DNA of 64,000 nucleotides from an uncultured Bacteroidales bacterium (GCA_945836755.1 CAMAMB010000007.1:1828-65827); one strand, 5' to 3'. Counted from the stretch's first letter, positions 28,537 to 39,144 are shown. Made by a program: numbers and translations. The notes: generated by a model from the letters alone, not told the origin.

Positions 28537-29557
28537 GCGAACAGCCTCGGCAGCCTTCCTACTCTGCCTCATTGCCGGCACGATATGGATAGTCTGGGGG
28601 CGCGGTACGAACAGACTCTACACGGCCGAGGGCCTCATCTTCGGCACGGCATACCACATCAAGTACGAGCACTCGGCAAACCTCGACAGCCAGATTGTAG
28701 CCAAGCTGAACGAGGTGGACAGAACGCTCTCCGTGTTTAACCCCCACAGCACCCTCTCGCGCATCAACCGCGGCGAGGCCCCGGCCTCGGCCCCCATGCT
28801 GCAAGAAGTCATGGCAAAGGCTTTGCAAATCAGTGAGGCCACCCACGGAGCGTTCGACCCGACGGTGATGCCCTTAGTCAATGCCTGGGGGTTCGGCTTC
28901 AAGCATAGCGCCCTGCCCACCGACGCAGAAGTGGACTCGCTGAAGGCCTTGGTGGGATATGAGAAACTGACCCTCCACGACGACGGACGTCTGAGCAAGC
29001 AAGACCCACGTGTCATGATAGACCTCGGAGCCATTGCCAAAGGCTATGCAGTAGACTGCGTGGCACGTTTGCTGAGCGCAAACCACATCAGAAACTACAT
29101 GGTCGAAATCGGAGGCGAGGTCATTACCCATGGCCGCCACCCCGAAGGACATCCATGGCAGATAGGCATCAGCAAACCCCAGGCTGACGCCGGAGGAGAG
29201 GCCGGCAGCTGCCAGACCATCCTCTCCCTTGAAAACGCAGCCCTTGCCACCAGCGGCAACTACCATAACTTCTACGTGAGGGACGGGCGGAAATACGCCC
29301 ATACCATAGACCCGCGCACAGGCCGACCCGTGACGCACAGCCTGCTCTCGGCCACAGTGGTCGCCAACGACTGCGCCACGGCCGACGCATACGCCACGGC
29401 GTTCATGGTGATGGGGCTCGAAGAAGCCAAGACCCTCTTGAAAGCCCACAAAGAGCTCGGCGCCTATCTGATATACGCCGACGATAAGGGTCGGCTCGCG
29501 ACCTTCGCCACGGGCAAAGTGTTTGACAGACAGTCAGAGGCAGCCACCTCTCGCTGA
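28511..29557 (+). CDS. apbE: FAD:protein FMN transferase (ApbE)
   Basis: GAFDPTV, DLGAIAKGY, MVEIGGE, ATSGNY, HTIDPRTG, ADAYATA. Confidence 0.95.
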   Translation: MPSILKRSKRTASAAFLLCLIAGTIWIVWGRGTNRLYTAEGLIFGTAYHIKYEHSANLDSQIVAKLNEVDRTLSVFNPHSTLSRINRGEAPASAPMLQEVMAKALQISEATHGAFDPTVMPLVNAWGFGFKHSALPTDAEVDSLKALVGYEKLTLHDDGRLSKQDPRVMIDLGAIAKGYAVDCVARLLSANHIRNYMVEIGGEVITHGRHPEGHPWQIGISKPQADAGGEAGSCQTILSLENAALATSGNYHNFYVRDGRKYAHTIDPRTGRPVTHSLLSATVVANDCATADAYATAFMVMGLEEAKTLLKAHKELGAYLIYADDKGRLATFATGKVFDRQSEAATSR

Positions 29558-29760
29558 CCGCCCCGGCACCACCGCAGCAGCCGGCCGACATCCGCTGCCC
29601 CGGCAGACCCTCATCTCGTGGCGGCGTGTCAAGATTACTCACTAGCTGTGCAGCATGCCTTGGCGGCGTGTCACGCCATAAGTCAGGCAGACAGACGTCC
29701 CTCCCCATATTCCCTCACGGTCCGGATACGGCCCACCTCTCATCTCACTCCTCACACCCA

Positions 29761-30429
29761 TTGGAACATAGCTTCTCAGACCGTTTGTTACGGCATCCCC
29801 TCTTCATCGGGTTTAGCAGATTAGATTTTCTTGACATCGTCGGTGTCACTCCCTTCGATTTCAAGACCTACGCTCAGGGTCATCACATCGTCCGCCAGTA
29901 TGACCCCTGTGAGAAGGTCTGCTTGTTGCTCTCAGGCTTAGTAAGCATAGAGTGTGAGGACCCCACGCGCACCTTCCGTCTCTCGGAGGAAATAGATTGT
30001 TCCGCCGTCCTCAACCCCAGCCGCATCTTTGGCCTGCACACACACTATACCCACGGCTGTGTGGCCAAGGGTAAGGTCATGGTGGCATGGCTTGACAAGG
30101 TGGCATTCTCGCATCTGCTGGCCACCTACCCGGCCTTCCGCATCAACTTCCTCAATTACCTCTCCTCGTATATACAGAACGTGGAAGCCGCCATCTGGGA
30201 CCCTCGCAAGGAAGATGCAGCGACCCGCTTCGCCGCCTTTGTGAGACACCGCTGCCTGCGACCCATCGGCAAGAAGGTGCTTCACATCAAAATGGAAGAC
30301 CTTGCCACGGAGATTGGGCTTACGCGCCTGAGAGTCTCCCACATGCTGGCTCAACTCAAAGCGCAGGGCCTGCTGACCTATACCCGCGGCATCATTAGCA
30401 TATATGCCATCGAGCACCTGCCCCTCTGA
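29761..30429 (+). CDS. Crp/Fnr family transcriptional regulator
   Basis: cNMP-domain-like N-terminus (PLF.G, LL.G.V) and C-terminal HTH (LA.EIG.TR..VS..L..L...GL); start uncertain (TTG 29761 or GTG 29626). Confidence 0.75.
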   Translation: MEHSFSDRLLRHPLFIGFSRLDFLDIVGVTPFDFKTYAQGHHIVRQYDPCEKVCLLLSGLVSIECEDPTRTFRLSEEIDCSAVLNPSRIFGLHTHYTHGCVAKGKVMVAWLDKVAFSHLLATYPAFRINFLNYLSSYIQNVEAAIWDPRKEDAATRFAAFVRHRCLRPIGKKVLHIKMEDLATEIGLTRLRVSHMLAQLKAQGLLTYTRGIISIYAIEHLPL

Positions 30430-30538
30430 GGACGGACGACGGCAGCCGTAGGGCAGCCACGCCGCGGCAGGCCCACACGGCCTGCACAAGCAGCCCACGC
30501 GCCTCATTGTACCACAACGATAATCATAGACCCAAGAT

Positions 30539-31528
30539 ATGAACTTTACCAGCCTTTTCTCTAAGAAGGAGAAGAAAGAAACACTTGACGCCGGACTGCA
30601 ACAAACCAAAACCGGCCTCTTCTCGAAACTGGCAAGAGCCATTGCAGGTAAAACTACCATCGACGACGAGCTGCTCGACAAGCTCGAAGACATCCTGATT
30701 ACCTCAGACGTAGGCACTGACACGACCATCGACATCATCCACCGCCTCGAAGAGCGCGTGGCACGCGACAAGTATGTGAGTACCTCGGAGCTCAATACCA
30801 TTCTCAGGGACGAAATCAGCGCCCTCCTCTTCTCAGAAACAGGGCAGACGGCCGCCGAGCCACTGCCCGACGTGGTCAGAAAGACGGTGGCTGCTACGGG
30901 GAAACCCTATGTGATGCTCGTGGTGGGCGTCAACGGGGTGGGAAAGACCACGACCATAGGCAAGCTGGCCTACCAAGCCAAGCAGGCAGGGCTGAAAGTG
31001 GTCATGGGAGCCGCCGACACCTTCCGCGCCGCAGCCATCGAGCAGATAGTCACCTGGGGACAGCGCATAGACGTGCCCGTCATCAAGCAGAAAATGGGCA
31101 GCGACCCGGCCAGCGTGGCCTACGATACGCTCAGCTCAGCCTGCGCCAATGGGGCAGACCTCGTCATTATTGATACCGCCGGCCGCCTGCACAACAAGCC
31201 GGGACTCATGGACGAGCTGGCGAAGATAAAGCGCGTCATGAAGAAAATCGTGGACGACGCCCCGCACGAGGTGCTGCTCGTGCTCGACGGCAGCACCGGG
31301 CAGAATGCCTACGAACAGGCACGCCAGTTTATCAAAGTGACGGACGTCTCGGCCCTCGCCGTAACAAAACTCGACGGGACAGCCAAGGGAGGCGTGGTCA
31401 TAGGTATCTCACACTCGCTGAAGGTGCCCGTGAAGTACATCGGCCTGGGAGAAAAAATGACAGACCTACAAGCCTTCGACGCCAAAGATTTCATTGACTC
31501 CTTGTTTGAGGGCAAACTGCTCAAATAG
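30539..31528 (+). CDS. ftsY: SRP receptor FtsY
   Basis: GVNGVGKTTTIGK, DTFRAAA, DTAGR, TKLDGTAKGG. Confidence 0.98.
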   Translation: MNFTSLFSKKEKKETLDAGLQQTKTGLFSKLARAIAGKTTIDDELLDKLEDILITSDVGTDTTIDIIHRLEERVARDKYVSTSELNTILRDEISALLFSETGQTAAEPLPDVVRKTVAATGKPYVMLVVGVNGVGKTTTIGKLAYQAKQAGLKVVMGAADTFRAAAIEQIVTWGQRIDVPVIKQKMGSDPASVAYDTLSSACANGADLVIIDTAGRLHNKPGLMDELAKIKRVMKKIVDDAPHEVLLVLDGSTGQNAYEQARQFIKVTDVSALAVTKLDGTAKGGVVIGISHSLKVPVKYIGLGEKMTDLQAFDAKDFIDSLFEGKLLK

Positions 31529-31630
31529 CCTCCCCCTCTTTGCTCCATGGCGAGCAGTGCTTTTTATATTATATAAGGTGAGGGCTGAGATACATGCACC
31601 GGCCTCGCCTCTACTTCCAGTCTTTCACAG

Positions 31631-32986
31631 ATGGCACATACAATAGACTTAATGACCATGGGGTGCTCGAAGAACCTTGTCGACTCAGAGCGCCTGCTGG
31701 CCCTGTTTGAAGAAAAAGGTTTCAGCTTCTACCACAACCCCGATACCCTGCATGGAGATATAGCCGTAGTCAACACTTGCGGTTTCATAGCCGACGCCAA
31801 GGAAGAAAGCATCGAGATGATACTCTCGCTCTGCGACCGGAAGGCAGAGGGTGAGCTGGAGGCAGTCTACGTGATGGGCTGTCTGTCAGAGAGGTATCGC
31901 GAAGAACTGGCGCGTGAGATACCCGAAGTGGACGGTTTCTATGGAAAGTTCGACTGGAACGCCCTCATGGCTGATGTCGTTCAGCGCGACGCACAGACGG
32001 CCTCCTCCCCCGCAGAGGAAAGGGCGGACGAGGCCTCGCCGACGTGTGCAAATGCTGCCGCCGGCCGTGTTCTCACCACCCCATCCCACTATGCCTATCT
32101 GAAGATTTCAGAGGGATGCGATAGAAGTTGCGCCTACTGCGCCATCCCCCTCATCACCGGCCATCACAAAAGCCGCCCGATAGAGGACATCTTGCAGGAA
32201 GTGAGCCGGCTCGTGGCCAAAGGGGTTTGCGAGTTCCAGATAATAGCCCAGGAACTGACGTACTACGGCCTGGATCTCTACAAGAGGCAGGCCCTGCCCG
32301 AGCTTATAGAGCGCATGGCACAGCTACCCGGGGTAGAGTGGATACGCCTGCACTACGCCTATCCCACCCACTTCCCGGAAGACTTGCTGAGGGTGATGCG
32401 TGACTACCCCAATGTATGTAGTTATCTCGACATAGCCCTCCAACACTGCTCAGACCGCATCTTAGACCGCATGCAGCGCCATATCACTTACGCTGAGACC
32501 GTTGCGCTCATACGTAAGATGCGTGCCGAGGTGCCGGGCATCAGCATACGCACCACGTTGATGGTGGGCTTCCCCGGTGAGACCGACGAAGACTTCGCCC
32601 AGCTTATGGCCTTTGTCCGTGAAATGCGCTTCGACCGCATGGGAGCCTTTGCCTACAGCGAGGAAGAGGGTACCTTCGCCGCCCAGCACTATGACGACAA
32701 CGTGGCAGACGACGTGAAGGCCCGACGCTTAGACGAACTGATGTCTTTGCAGGAGGAAATTGCCGCCGAGCTCTCTCAGGCTAAAGTGGGCAAGGTGTTG
32801 AAGGTAATCATCGACCGTCAGGAAGGCGACTACTATATTGGGCGCACCGAGGCCGACTCTCCTGAAATTGACCCCGAGGTGCTTATCCCGGTGGCCGACG
32901 CAGCCGGCCTCGAAGTGGGTAAGTTCTATCAGGTCCTCATTACAGGCTGTGAAGACTTCGACCTTTACGGCCGGGTAGTGGCATAG
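31631..32986 (+). CDS. rimO: Ribosomal protein S12 methylthiotransferase
   Basis: GCSKNLVDSE, NTCGFI..A..ES, EGCDRSCAYCAIP, DSPEID TRAM domain. Confidence 0.96.
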   Translation: MAHTIDLMTMGCSKNLVDSERLLALFEEKGFSFYHNPDTLHGDIAVVNTCGFIADAKEESIEMILSLCDRKAEGELEAVYVMGCLSERYREELAREIPEVDGFYGKFDWNALMADVVQRDAQTASSPAEERADEASPTCANAAAGRVLTTPSHYAYLKISEGCDRSCAYCAIPLITGHHKSRPIEDILQEVSRLVAKGVCEFQIIAQELTYYGLDLYKRQALPELIERMAQLPGVEWIRLHYAYPTHFPEDLLRVMRDYPNVCSYLDIALQHCSDRILDRMQRHITYAETVALIRKMRAEVPGISIRTTLMVGFPGETDEDFAQLMAFVREMRFDRMGAFAYSEEEGTFAAQHYDDNVADDVKARRLDELMSLQEEIAAELSQAKVGKVLKVIIDRQEGDYYIGRTEADSPEIDPEVLIPVADAAGLEVGKFYQVLITGCEDFDLYGRVVA

Positions 32987-33039
32987 TGTAGTGACGGCCC
33001 CGCCGCATAGAAATCAAGGCTTCATATATCCAGCATCTC

Positions 33040-33312
33040 ATGAATAACAAAGAATTTATCGCGGCCCTCTCCCAGACTGCAGGGCTCACCGCGAAAGAAA
33101 CACAGGGATACGTCAACGCCTTCTTAGACGACATCTCCGATACGCTCGACGATAATACGAGCTTCAACGTGACCGGCTTTGGCTCGCTTGAAGTCAAGAA
33201 GAAAATGGAGCGCATTACCGTCAATCCTCAGACCAAGCGGCGCAAGCTGTTGCCGCCTAAGCTCTCCCTGGCCTTTAAGCCAAGTGTCATCCTCAAAGAT
33301 AAGGTTAAGTAG
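33040..33312 (+). CDS. HU/IHF family DNA-binding protein
   Basis: MNNKEFI, GFG...V, NPQT, FKPS..LK. Confidence 0.92.
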   Translation: MNNKEFIAALSQTAGLTAKETQGYVNAFLDDISDTLDDNTSFNVTGFGSLEVKKKMERITVNPQTKRRKLLPPKLSLAFKPSVILKDKVK

Positions 33313-33368
33313 ACGGTAGCCGGTCGTCGGCTGTCTGCCCACCCATGAAAATATACTGCACGCCCAGA

Positions 33369-34829
33369 ATGAAACAGAAACTCCAGATCCAAGACTTCGC
33401 TGACCGCCTGGCCCAAAGTCAAGGCATCAGCAAAAAGAACGCGGAAAGTTTCCTCAGGAGCTTCTTCCAGGTATTGGAAAAAGGTCTGACCACAGATAAA
33501 CTGGTGAAGATAAAAGGCCTCGGCACGTTCAAGCTCGTCAGCGTAAGCGAACGCGAAAGCATTAACATCAATACCGGTGAGCGCTTCCAGATAATAGGAC
33601 ACACCAAGGTGTCATTCACTCCCGACACTGCGATGAAGGAGAAAATCAATCGCCCCTTTGCCCATTTTGAAAGCGTCGACCTTTCAGATGACACCACCAC
33701 CGAGGAACTGGACGCCGTGGCCGGACCCATGGAGCCGGAGGAGGATGAGATGGGCCTGGAGGAGGCATTGATGGAGGCGGAGACGGATTTCCAGAACTAC
33801 GCTGCCGCACCCGCTGTTGACGCTGCCGCACCCGCTGTTGCCGCTGCCGTACCCGCTGTTGACACGGTTGCACCCGCTGTTGACGCTGCCGCACCCGCTT
33901 CTTCTTCCGCCCCTCCGACCGCGAACGCCCTCCCTGAGGCTGAGGTGCCTATCCGTTTGGAGATTGAGGCAGATGGTGCTCCCGTTGTGGCAGAGCAGGC
34001 TGCGACTGACAGTCTGCCTCCCGCGCCAGAGCCAATGCCGGCGATAGATGTGAAGCGCGCTCAGACTGCCGCGCAGGAAGCTGTCTCTGTGGCTGCCGAC
34101 GAGAAGCGCACGGTGGCTAAGCTTCTTCAGGTAGGTGAGTCTGCTCCCGCTGTGTCGCCACAAGGAGCGCGCGAAGAGCCGGTTGCACCTTCCCGACCGC
34201 AAATGCCCGTGACGCCCGCCGTTACACCGCAGAATGCCCCCTCGCCCCTATCTCAGTCTCCCGGCACGCAGTCAACTCAGTCCGTGGAAGAAGCCACAGA
34301 GGAAGAGCCTTGCGTGCAGTGTCCTTTCCTCGGCACTTGGGGAGTACGTCTGTTCCTCCTCGTATTTTTCCTGCTGAGTGTCGTCACGAGCTACATGTTA
34401 GGCTACTATCGTGTGCTGTGCCCGGAGACCTCCCCCTCGGCTGCCACGGTCTCGGTAGCCAATACCGCGGCGGTGGCAAAGGTTACAGCAACGCCTGCCT
34501 CGCAAGAGAAGCTTTCCGCCGAGGCAGACAGCACTGCGGCGAAGCAAGATACCGCGGCGGTGGCACATTCTGCAGATAGCGTAGCTGCATCCAAGGCCCG
34601 GTCCGTGCCTATGCAGAGTGGCAAGGTCGCACCCGCGCCCAAGCCCACCGTACAGTATCACACCATAGTGAAGGGCGATAACCTTACGCGTATTTCCCGC
34701 AAGTATTATGGTAGTGACAAGTATGTCCGGTTTATCATCAAGACAAATCAACTAAGGGATGCCGACAACATATTCGTAGGCTTGAAGCTTACCCTCCCTC
34801 CCGCAACACCGCAAGATGCTACCCCATAG
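33369..34829 (+). CDS. HU-domain protein with low-complexity linker, TM helix and C-terminal LysM domain
   Basis: N-terminal KIKGLGTF..NINTGE..F.PD..K..IN.PF; TM LFLLVFFLLSVVTSYMLG; LysM HTIVKGDNL..IS..YY...N.L...I..G..L.LP; alternative start 33345. Confidence 0.85.
   Translation: MKQKLQIQDFADRLAQSQGISKKNAESFLRSFFQVLEKGLTTDKLVKIKGLGTFKLVSVSERESININTGERFQIIGHTKVSFTPDTAMKEKINRPFAHFESVDLSDDTTTEELDAVAGPMEPEEDEMGLEEALMEAETDFQNYAAAPAVDAAAPAVAAAVPAVDTVAPAVDAAAPASSSAPPTANALPEAEVPIRLEIEADGAPVVAEQAATDSLPPAPEPMPAIDVKRAQTAAQEAVSVAADEKRTVAKLLQVGESAPAVSPQGAREEPVAPSRPQMPVTPAVTPQNAPSPLSQSPGTQSTQSVEEATEEEPCVQCPFLGTWGVRLFLLVFFLLSVVTSYMLGYYRVLCPETSPSAATVSVANTAAVAKVTATPASQEKLSAEADSTAAKQDTAAVAHSADSVAASKARSVPMQSGKVAPAPKPTVQYHTIVKGDNLTRISRKYYGSDKYVRFIIKTNQLRDADNIFVGLKLTLPPATPQDATP
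33801..33899 (+). repeat. In-frame 21-bp tandem repeat (~4.7 x GCTGCCGCACCCGCTGTTGAC = AAAPAVD)
   Basis: Units start 33801, 33822, 33843, 33864, 33885. Confidence 0.9.
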
Positions 34830-34892
34830 CCTCTGCGAGTGGCTGAGGACAAATAAACAAGGGCATCATTAGCCTGTTATGAAGATAAGTGC

Positions 34893-34900
34893 TAAATTTG
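34893..34900 (+). promoter_or_regulatory. -7 promoter element (TAAATTTG) for tig
   Basis: TAnnTTTG upstream of tig. Confidence 0.6.
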
Positions 34901-35037
34901 CAACCGCTTTGGCTGTAGATATACCCTTCAGGCGCTCGGCGTGAAAGGTGAGGCGGGCATCTGGCCGCATCGACGTTATCGCCAACAGCCTTCCGGCACT
35001 CCCTACACAGATTATAAAATTGATTTAGATATCTCCA

Positions 35038-36405
35038 ATGGAAATCAAGTTCATTAAAAACGAAGCAACAGTAAGTGGCCAACTCACCATCAACCTTGTG
35101 AAGGCCGATTATGAGGACTTAGTGAAAAAGACCCTCAAGGAAACCGCCAAGAAAGCCAGCATACCCGGCTTCCGCCCGGGCAAGGTGCCTGCGAGCCTCA
35201 TCAAGAAATTCTATGGAACCCATGCCAAGATAGAAGCAGTCAACAAAAAGGTAGAGGAGAGCCTCTTCACTTACATTGACGACAACAAGCTCAACGTGCT
35301 GGGCCAGCCCGTAGCCGCTGACAACCATGAAGCACAAGATATCGAGCATCAGGATGACTTCATCTTCGTCTTCGACCTTCCCCTTGCCCCTGAGTTTGAA
35401 GTCTCGCTCAGTGCTGACGATAAGGTGGCATATTATGACATCAGCGTCGAAGAAAAAGAAGTTGACGACAGACTTAACGAGCTGCGCTCCCGTGCAGGAG
35501 AAAATGTTGAGGTCGAAGTCAGCGAAGAGAGAGACCTCTTGCGCGGCACCCTCTCACAGCTCAACGAAGAGGGCAACGCTCCCCTTGAAGGCGGCCTCGT
35601 AGTGGAAAGCTCTTTGCTCATGCCGGCCTACTTCGCCAATAAGGATGAGGCCAAAGCCTTTGTAGGCGCTCACAAGAACGATGTCGTTACATTTAATCCG
35701 TCCAAGGCCTACGAAGGACGCGATGCCGAACTGGCAGGTCTCTTCAAGGTTTCGAAAGACGAGGTGGCTAACTATGCCGGCCTCTTCAGCTTCCAGATAG
35801 ACTCTATCAGCCGCTTCGTACCTGCCGAGGTCAACGAAGAATTCTTCAAAAAGATTTACGGTGAAGACACCGAAGTGAAATCTGAAGAGCAGGTGCGTGA
35901 GCTCATCAAGGGAGACCTTAGCAAGGCATACGCTGCCGATAGCGACTACAGACTGTTCCTGGATGTCAAGAAGAAGCTCATGCAGGATACCGCAGCTGTG
36001 AAGTTCCCCGAAGATCTTCTGAAGAAGGTGTTGAAGCATGCCAACGAGGAAAAGAAAGAGGAGCTGACCGACGAGCAGTTTACCCAGGCTCTCGAAGAGT
36101 TGCGCTGGGATATGATCCGCACGAAGCTTGCTTCTCAGTTTGAGGTAAAGGTTGAGGATGCCGATGTCAAGGCGAGTGCCATTGAAGCGGCCCGTTATCA
36201 GTTCGCCCAATATGGCATGAACAACATCCCCGACGAGTATCTCGAAAACTTTGCCCAGTCCATGCTCAAGGACCAGAACCGTGTCAATGGCCTGGTACAG
36301 CATGCGCTTAATCAGAAGCTGATTGCCAAGATGAAGGATACCGTGACTCTTGAGCACAAGACTGTGACCTCTGAAGAGTTCGCCAAGCTGTCTGAAGCGG
36401 AATAG
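35038..36405 (+). CDS. tig: Trigger factor
   Basis: IPGFRPGKVP signature; upstream of clpP-clpX. Confidence 0.95.
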   Translation: MEIKFIKNEATVSGQLTINLVKADYEDLVKKTLKETAKKASIPGFRPGKVPASLIKKFYGTHAKIEAVNKKVEESLFTYIDDNKLNVLGQPVAADNHEAQDIEHQDDFIFVFDLPLAPEFEVSLSADDKVAYYDISVEEKEVDDRLNELRSRAGENVEVEVSEERDLLRGTLSQLNEEGNAPLEGGLVVESSLLMPAYFANKDEAKAFVGAHKNDVVTFNPSKAYEGRDAELAGLFKVSKDEVANYAGLFSFQIDSISRFVPAEVNEEFFKKIYGEDTEVKSEEQVRELIKGDLSKAYAADSDYRLFLDVKKKLMQDTAAVKFPEDLLKKVLKHANEEKKEELTDEQFTQALEELRWDMIRTKLASQFEVKVEDADVKASAIEAARYQFAQYGMNNIPDEYLENFAQSMLKDQNRVNGLVQHALNQKLIAKMKDTVTLEHKTVTSEEFAKLSEAE

Positions 36406-36740
36406 CATCTGAAGCCCGATCTCTCCGCCGAGAGACTCGTCTCTTCCCCTTCCACTTGGTTATCCCATCCTATACAGTGAGATAGTAGAGGCTGTGTCGT
36501 AATATCGGTTTTACGGCGCAGCCTCGTCCACATCAATGCGCCGGGCCTTATCTCCCTATAGGCAACAAGCTATGCCCTCCACGGCAACAAGCCTCCGTAG
36601 GTGGCCGGCAGCCCACAGCATAGGGCGTGGGCCCTGCCCCGTGAGATATCCCTTCCGCCTTAGGCCCTCGAGACCGGACCTATGCTACGAGGCACACTAC
36701 GATGCCTCAGTCATGCTTGGAGGCATCGAGTGTTTCTGGC

Positions 36741-36872
36741 ATGTACATGTAGTAAAACCTGGATGTACATGTAGTAAAACCTGGATGTACATGTAGAAAA
36801 ACCTAGATGTACATGTAGAAAAAACTAGATGTACATGTAGAAAAACCTGGATGTACATGTAGAAAAATCTGG
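36741..36872. repeat. 22-bp tandem array, 6 x ATGTACATGTAGWAAAACCTRG
   Basis: Units start 36741, 36763, 36785, 36807, 36829, 36851; overlapping palindromes ATGTACAT and TACATGTA in every unit. Confidence 0.96.
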
Positions 36873-37047
36873 AAGCATGCCTGCAAACCGAGATCGCGGG
36901 ACGGGCCATTCAATCAACGTCGTCAGCGGTATGCAGAGCGAGGACTATCCGCCTTCGCCACGTGTCCTGCTCACATCCACCGACGACGCAGCCCCAAACC
37001 GACAGGCCGCACACCTTATATATACCCTAACTCTCCCAATATAACTT

Positions 37048-37716
37048 ATGCAACGCTCAGATTTCCAAAAATTTGCCACCTCAATGGGGGTCAATAGTAT
37101 GGTGCTCGACGATGTCATCAGTGCACAGAACCACTATCTTAACCCTTATATTCTGGAGGAGCGTCAGCTGAATGTGACCCAGATGGACGTGTTCTCGCGT
37201 CTCATGATGGACCGCATCATCTTCCTTGGTACCCAAATAGACGATTACACAGCCAATACGCTTCAGGCCCAGTTGCTTTACCTCGACTCCACCGACCCAG
37301 GAAAGGACATCTCCATCTATATCAACTCACCCGGAGGGTCGGTCTACGCAGGCCTGGGTATCTACGATACCATGCAGTTTGTACAGTCCAACGTAGCCAC
37401 CATCTGTACAGGTATGGCGGCCTCGATGGCCGCAGTGCTGCTCGTGGCCGGCGAAGAAGGTAAGCGGTCGGCCCTGCCTCATAGCCGCGTCATGATCCAC
37501 CAGCCTATGGGAGGCGCGCAAGGCCAGGCCTCAGACATTGAAATCACCGCGCGTGAAATACAAAAGTTGAAGAAAGAGCTGTACACCATCATTGCTGACC
37601 ATTCACACACCGACTTTGACAAGGTGTGGGCCGACTCAGACCGTGACTACTGGATGACGGCCCAGGAGGCCAAGGAGTACGGCATGATAGACACAGTCTT
37701 TTCTCGTCAGAAGTAA
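37048..37716 (+). CDS. clpP: ATP-dependent Clp protease proteolytic subunit
   Basis: DVFSRL..DRIIFLG, YINSPGG, AASMA, MIHQP, DRDYWM. Confidence 0.98.
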   Translation: MQRSDFQKFATSMGVNSMVLDDVISAQNHYLNPYILEERQLNVTQMDVFSRLMMDRIIFLGTQIDDYTANTLQAQLLYLDSTDPGKDISIYINSPGGSVYAGLGIYDTMQFVQSNVATICTGMAASMAAVLLVAGEEGKRSALPHSRVMIHQPMGGAQGQASDIEITAREIQKLKKELYTIIADHSHTDFDKVWADSDRDYWMTAQEAKEYGMIDTVFSRQK

Positions 37717-37748
37717 ATAGCAACCTCTCACCCCTAATTGATACCCCC

Positions 37749-38999
37749 GTGCCACGAGCAAGTAAAAAGTGCGTCTTCTGTGGGCGCAAAGAGTCAGAGG
37801 TACCTCTTCTCTTGCAAGGAAGAGATGGTAACATCTGCTCCGACTGTGTGGAGACGGCCTACCACTACATCCAGCAGTATGTGGGCGTAGAAGCTCCTCC
37901 CTCCACAACCAAGAAGGCAAGTCAGCCTATCAACCTCCAGAGTGTGCCAAAGCCTTTGGCCATCAAGGAATACCTCGACCAATATATTATAGGACAGGAC
38001 GACGCCAAGCGAGTGCTTAGCGTAGCCGTCTACAACCACTATAAGCGCCTCTCGCTCACTCCCGACATGGCCAAGCGCGACAAGGAAGTGGAGATAGAGA
38101 AGTCCAATATCATCATGGTAGGCTCCACGGGCACCGGCAAGACGCTGCTCGCACGCACGATAGCCAAGCTGCTGGATGTGCCCTTCACCATAGTTGATGC
38201 CACGGTCTTCACTGAGGCCGGATATGTGGGCGAGGACGTGGAGAGCATTCTCAGTCGCCTTCTTCAGGCTGCCGACTTCGATCTGGAGCGTGCAGAGAGA
38301 GGCATCGTCTTTATTGATGAGATTGACAAGATAGCCCGTAAAAGCGACAACCCCTCGATTACGCGCGATGTGAGTGGTGAAGGTGTCCAGCAAGCCATGC
38401 TGAAACTGCTCGAGGGCTCCGTGGTGAATGTGCCACCCAAGGGGGGACGCAAGCACCCCGACCAGGACTACATCCATGTAGACACCAGCCACATCCTCTT
38501 TATCTGTGGCGGCGCCTTCGACGGCATAGAACGCAAGATAGCCCAGCGCCTGGGCAGCCACACCGTGGGCTACGACTCTGTGCAGAATGCCAGAAAGATT
38601 GATACGTCCGACCTCATGCGCTACATACAGCCGCAAGACCTCAAAAGCTTCGGCCTCATCCCTGAAATTATCGGCCGACTGCCGGTGCTTACCTATCTCA
38701 ACCCGCTCTCGCGCGAGGCTCTCAGCCGAATACTTATAGAGCCCAAGAACTCCATTATCAAGCAGTATGAACGCCTGCTTGAGATGGACGGCATAGCTCT
38801 CACCTTCGAGACGGAGGCACTGGACTACATCGTCGATAAGGCCGTGGAGTATAAACTGGGTGCGCGCGGCCTCCGCTCTATCGTGGAGGCCATCATGACA
38901 GAGGCCATGTTCGAACTGCCCTCATCCACGCAGAAGTCGTTTGTAGTTACCAAGGCTTACGCCAAGGAGCAGATCAGCAAGACGAACAGCCTGCAATAA
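37749..38999 (+). CDS. clpX: ATP-dependent Clp protease ATP-binding subunit
   Basis: C4 zinc finger (CVFC...ICSDC), [29 protein letters not shown]; GTG start. Confidence 0.98.
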   Translation: MPRASKKCVFCGRKESEVPLLLQGRDGNICSDCVETAYHYIQQYVGVEAPPSTTKKASQPINLQSVPKPLAIKEYLDQYIIGQDDAKRVLSVAVYNHYKRLSLTPDMAKRDKEVEIEKSNIIMVGSTGTGKTLLARTIAKLLDVPFTIVDATVFTEAGYVGEDVESILSRLLQAADFDLERAERGIVFIDEIDKIARKSDNPSITRDVSGEGVQQAMLKLLEGSVVNVPPKGGRKHPDQDYIHVDTSHILFICGGAFDGIERKIAQRLGSHTVGYDSVQNARKIDTSDLMRYIQPQDLKSFGLIPEIIGRLPVLTYLNPLSREALSRILIEPKNSIIKQYERLLEMDGIALTFETEALDYIVDKAVEYKLGARGLRSIVEAIMTEAMFELPSSTQKSFVVTKAYAKEQISKTNSLQ

Positions 39000-39144
39000 A
39001 CGCACACCCTGCCCGCATTATCAGCAACCGGCGAGCCATTCCCTCCCGGGGCATAGGAAACTGAGGGTGGGGCAGAGTGGTCGCCTCCCGCGCCGTCTCA
39101 GCGTCACCACCGGCTGCACCCGTTGTTTGAGACCGTAGCTTCGC

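Noticed and set aside
36741-36872. Repeat arrays as CRISPR (also 10691, 25709, 44899, 52962)
   Set aside because: Units are directly adjacent with no unique spacers, and no cas genes are present.
36741-36872. 22-bp repeats as plasmid iterons
   Set aside because: Length fits, but there is no rep gene and the arrays sit among core chromosomal genes with different units.
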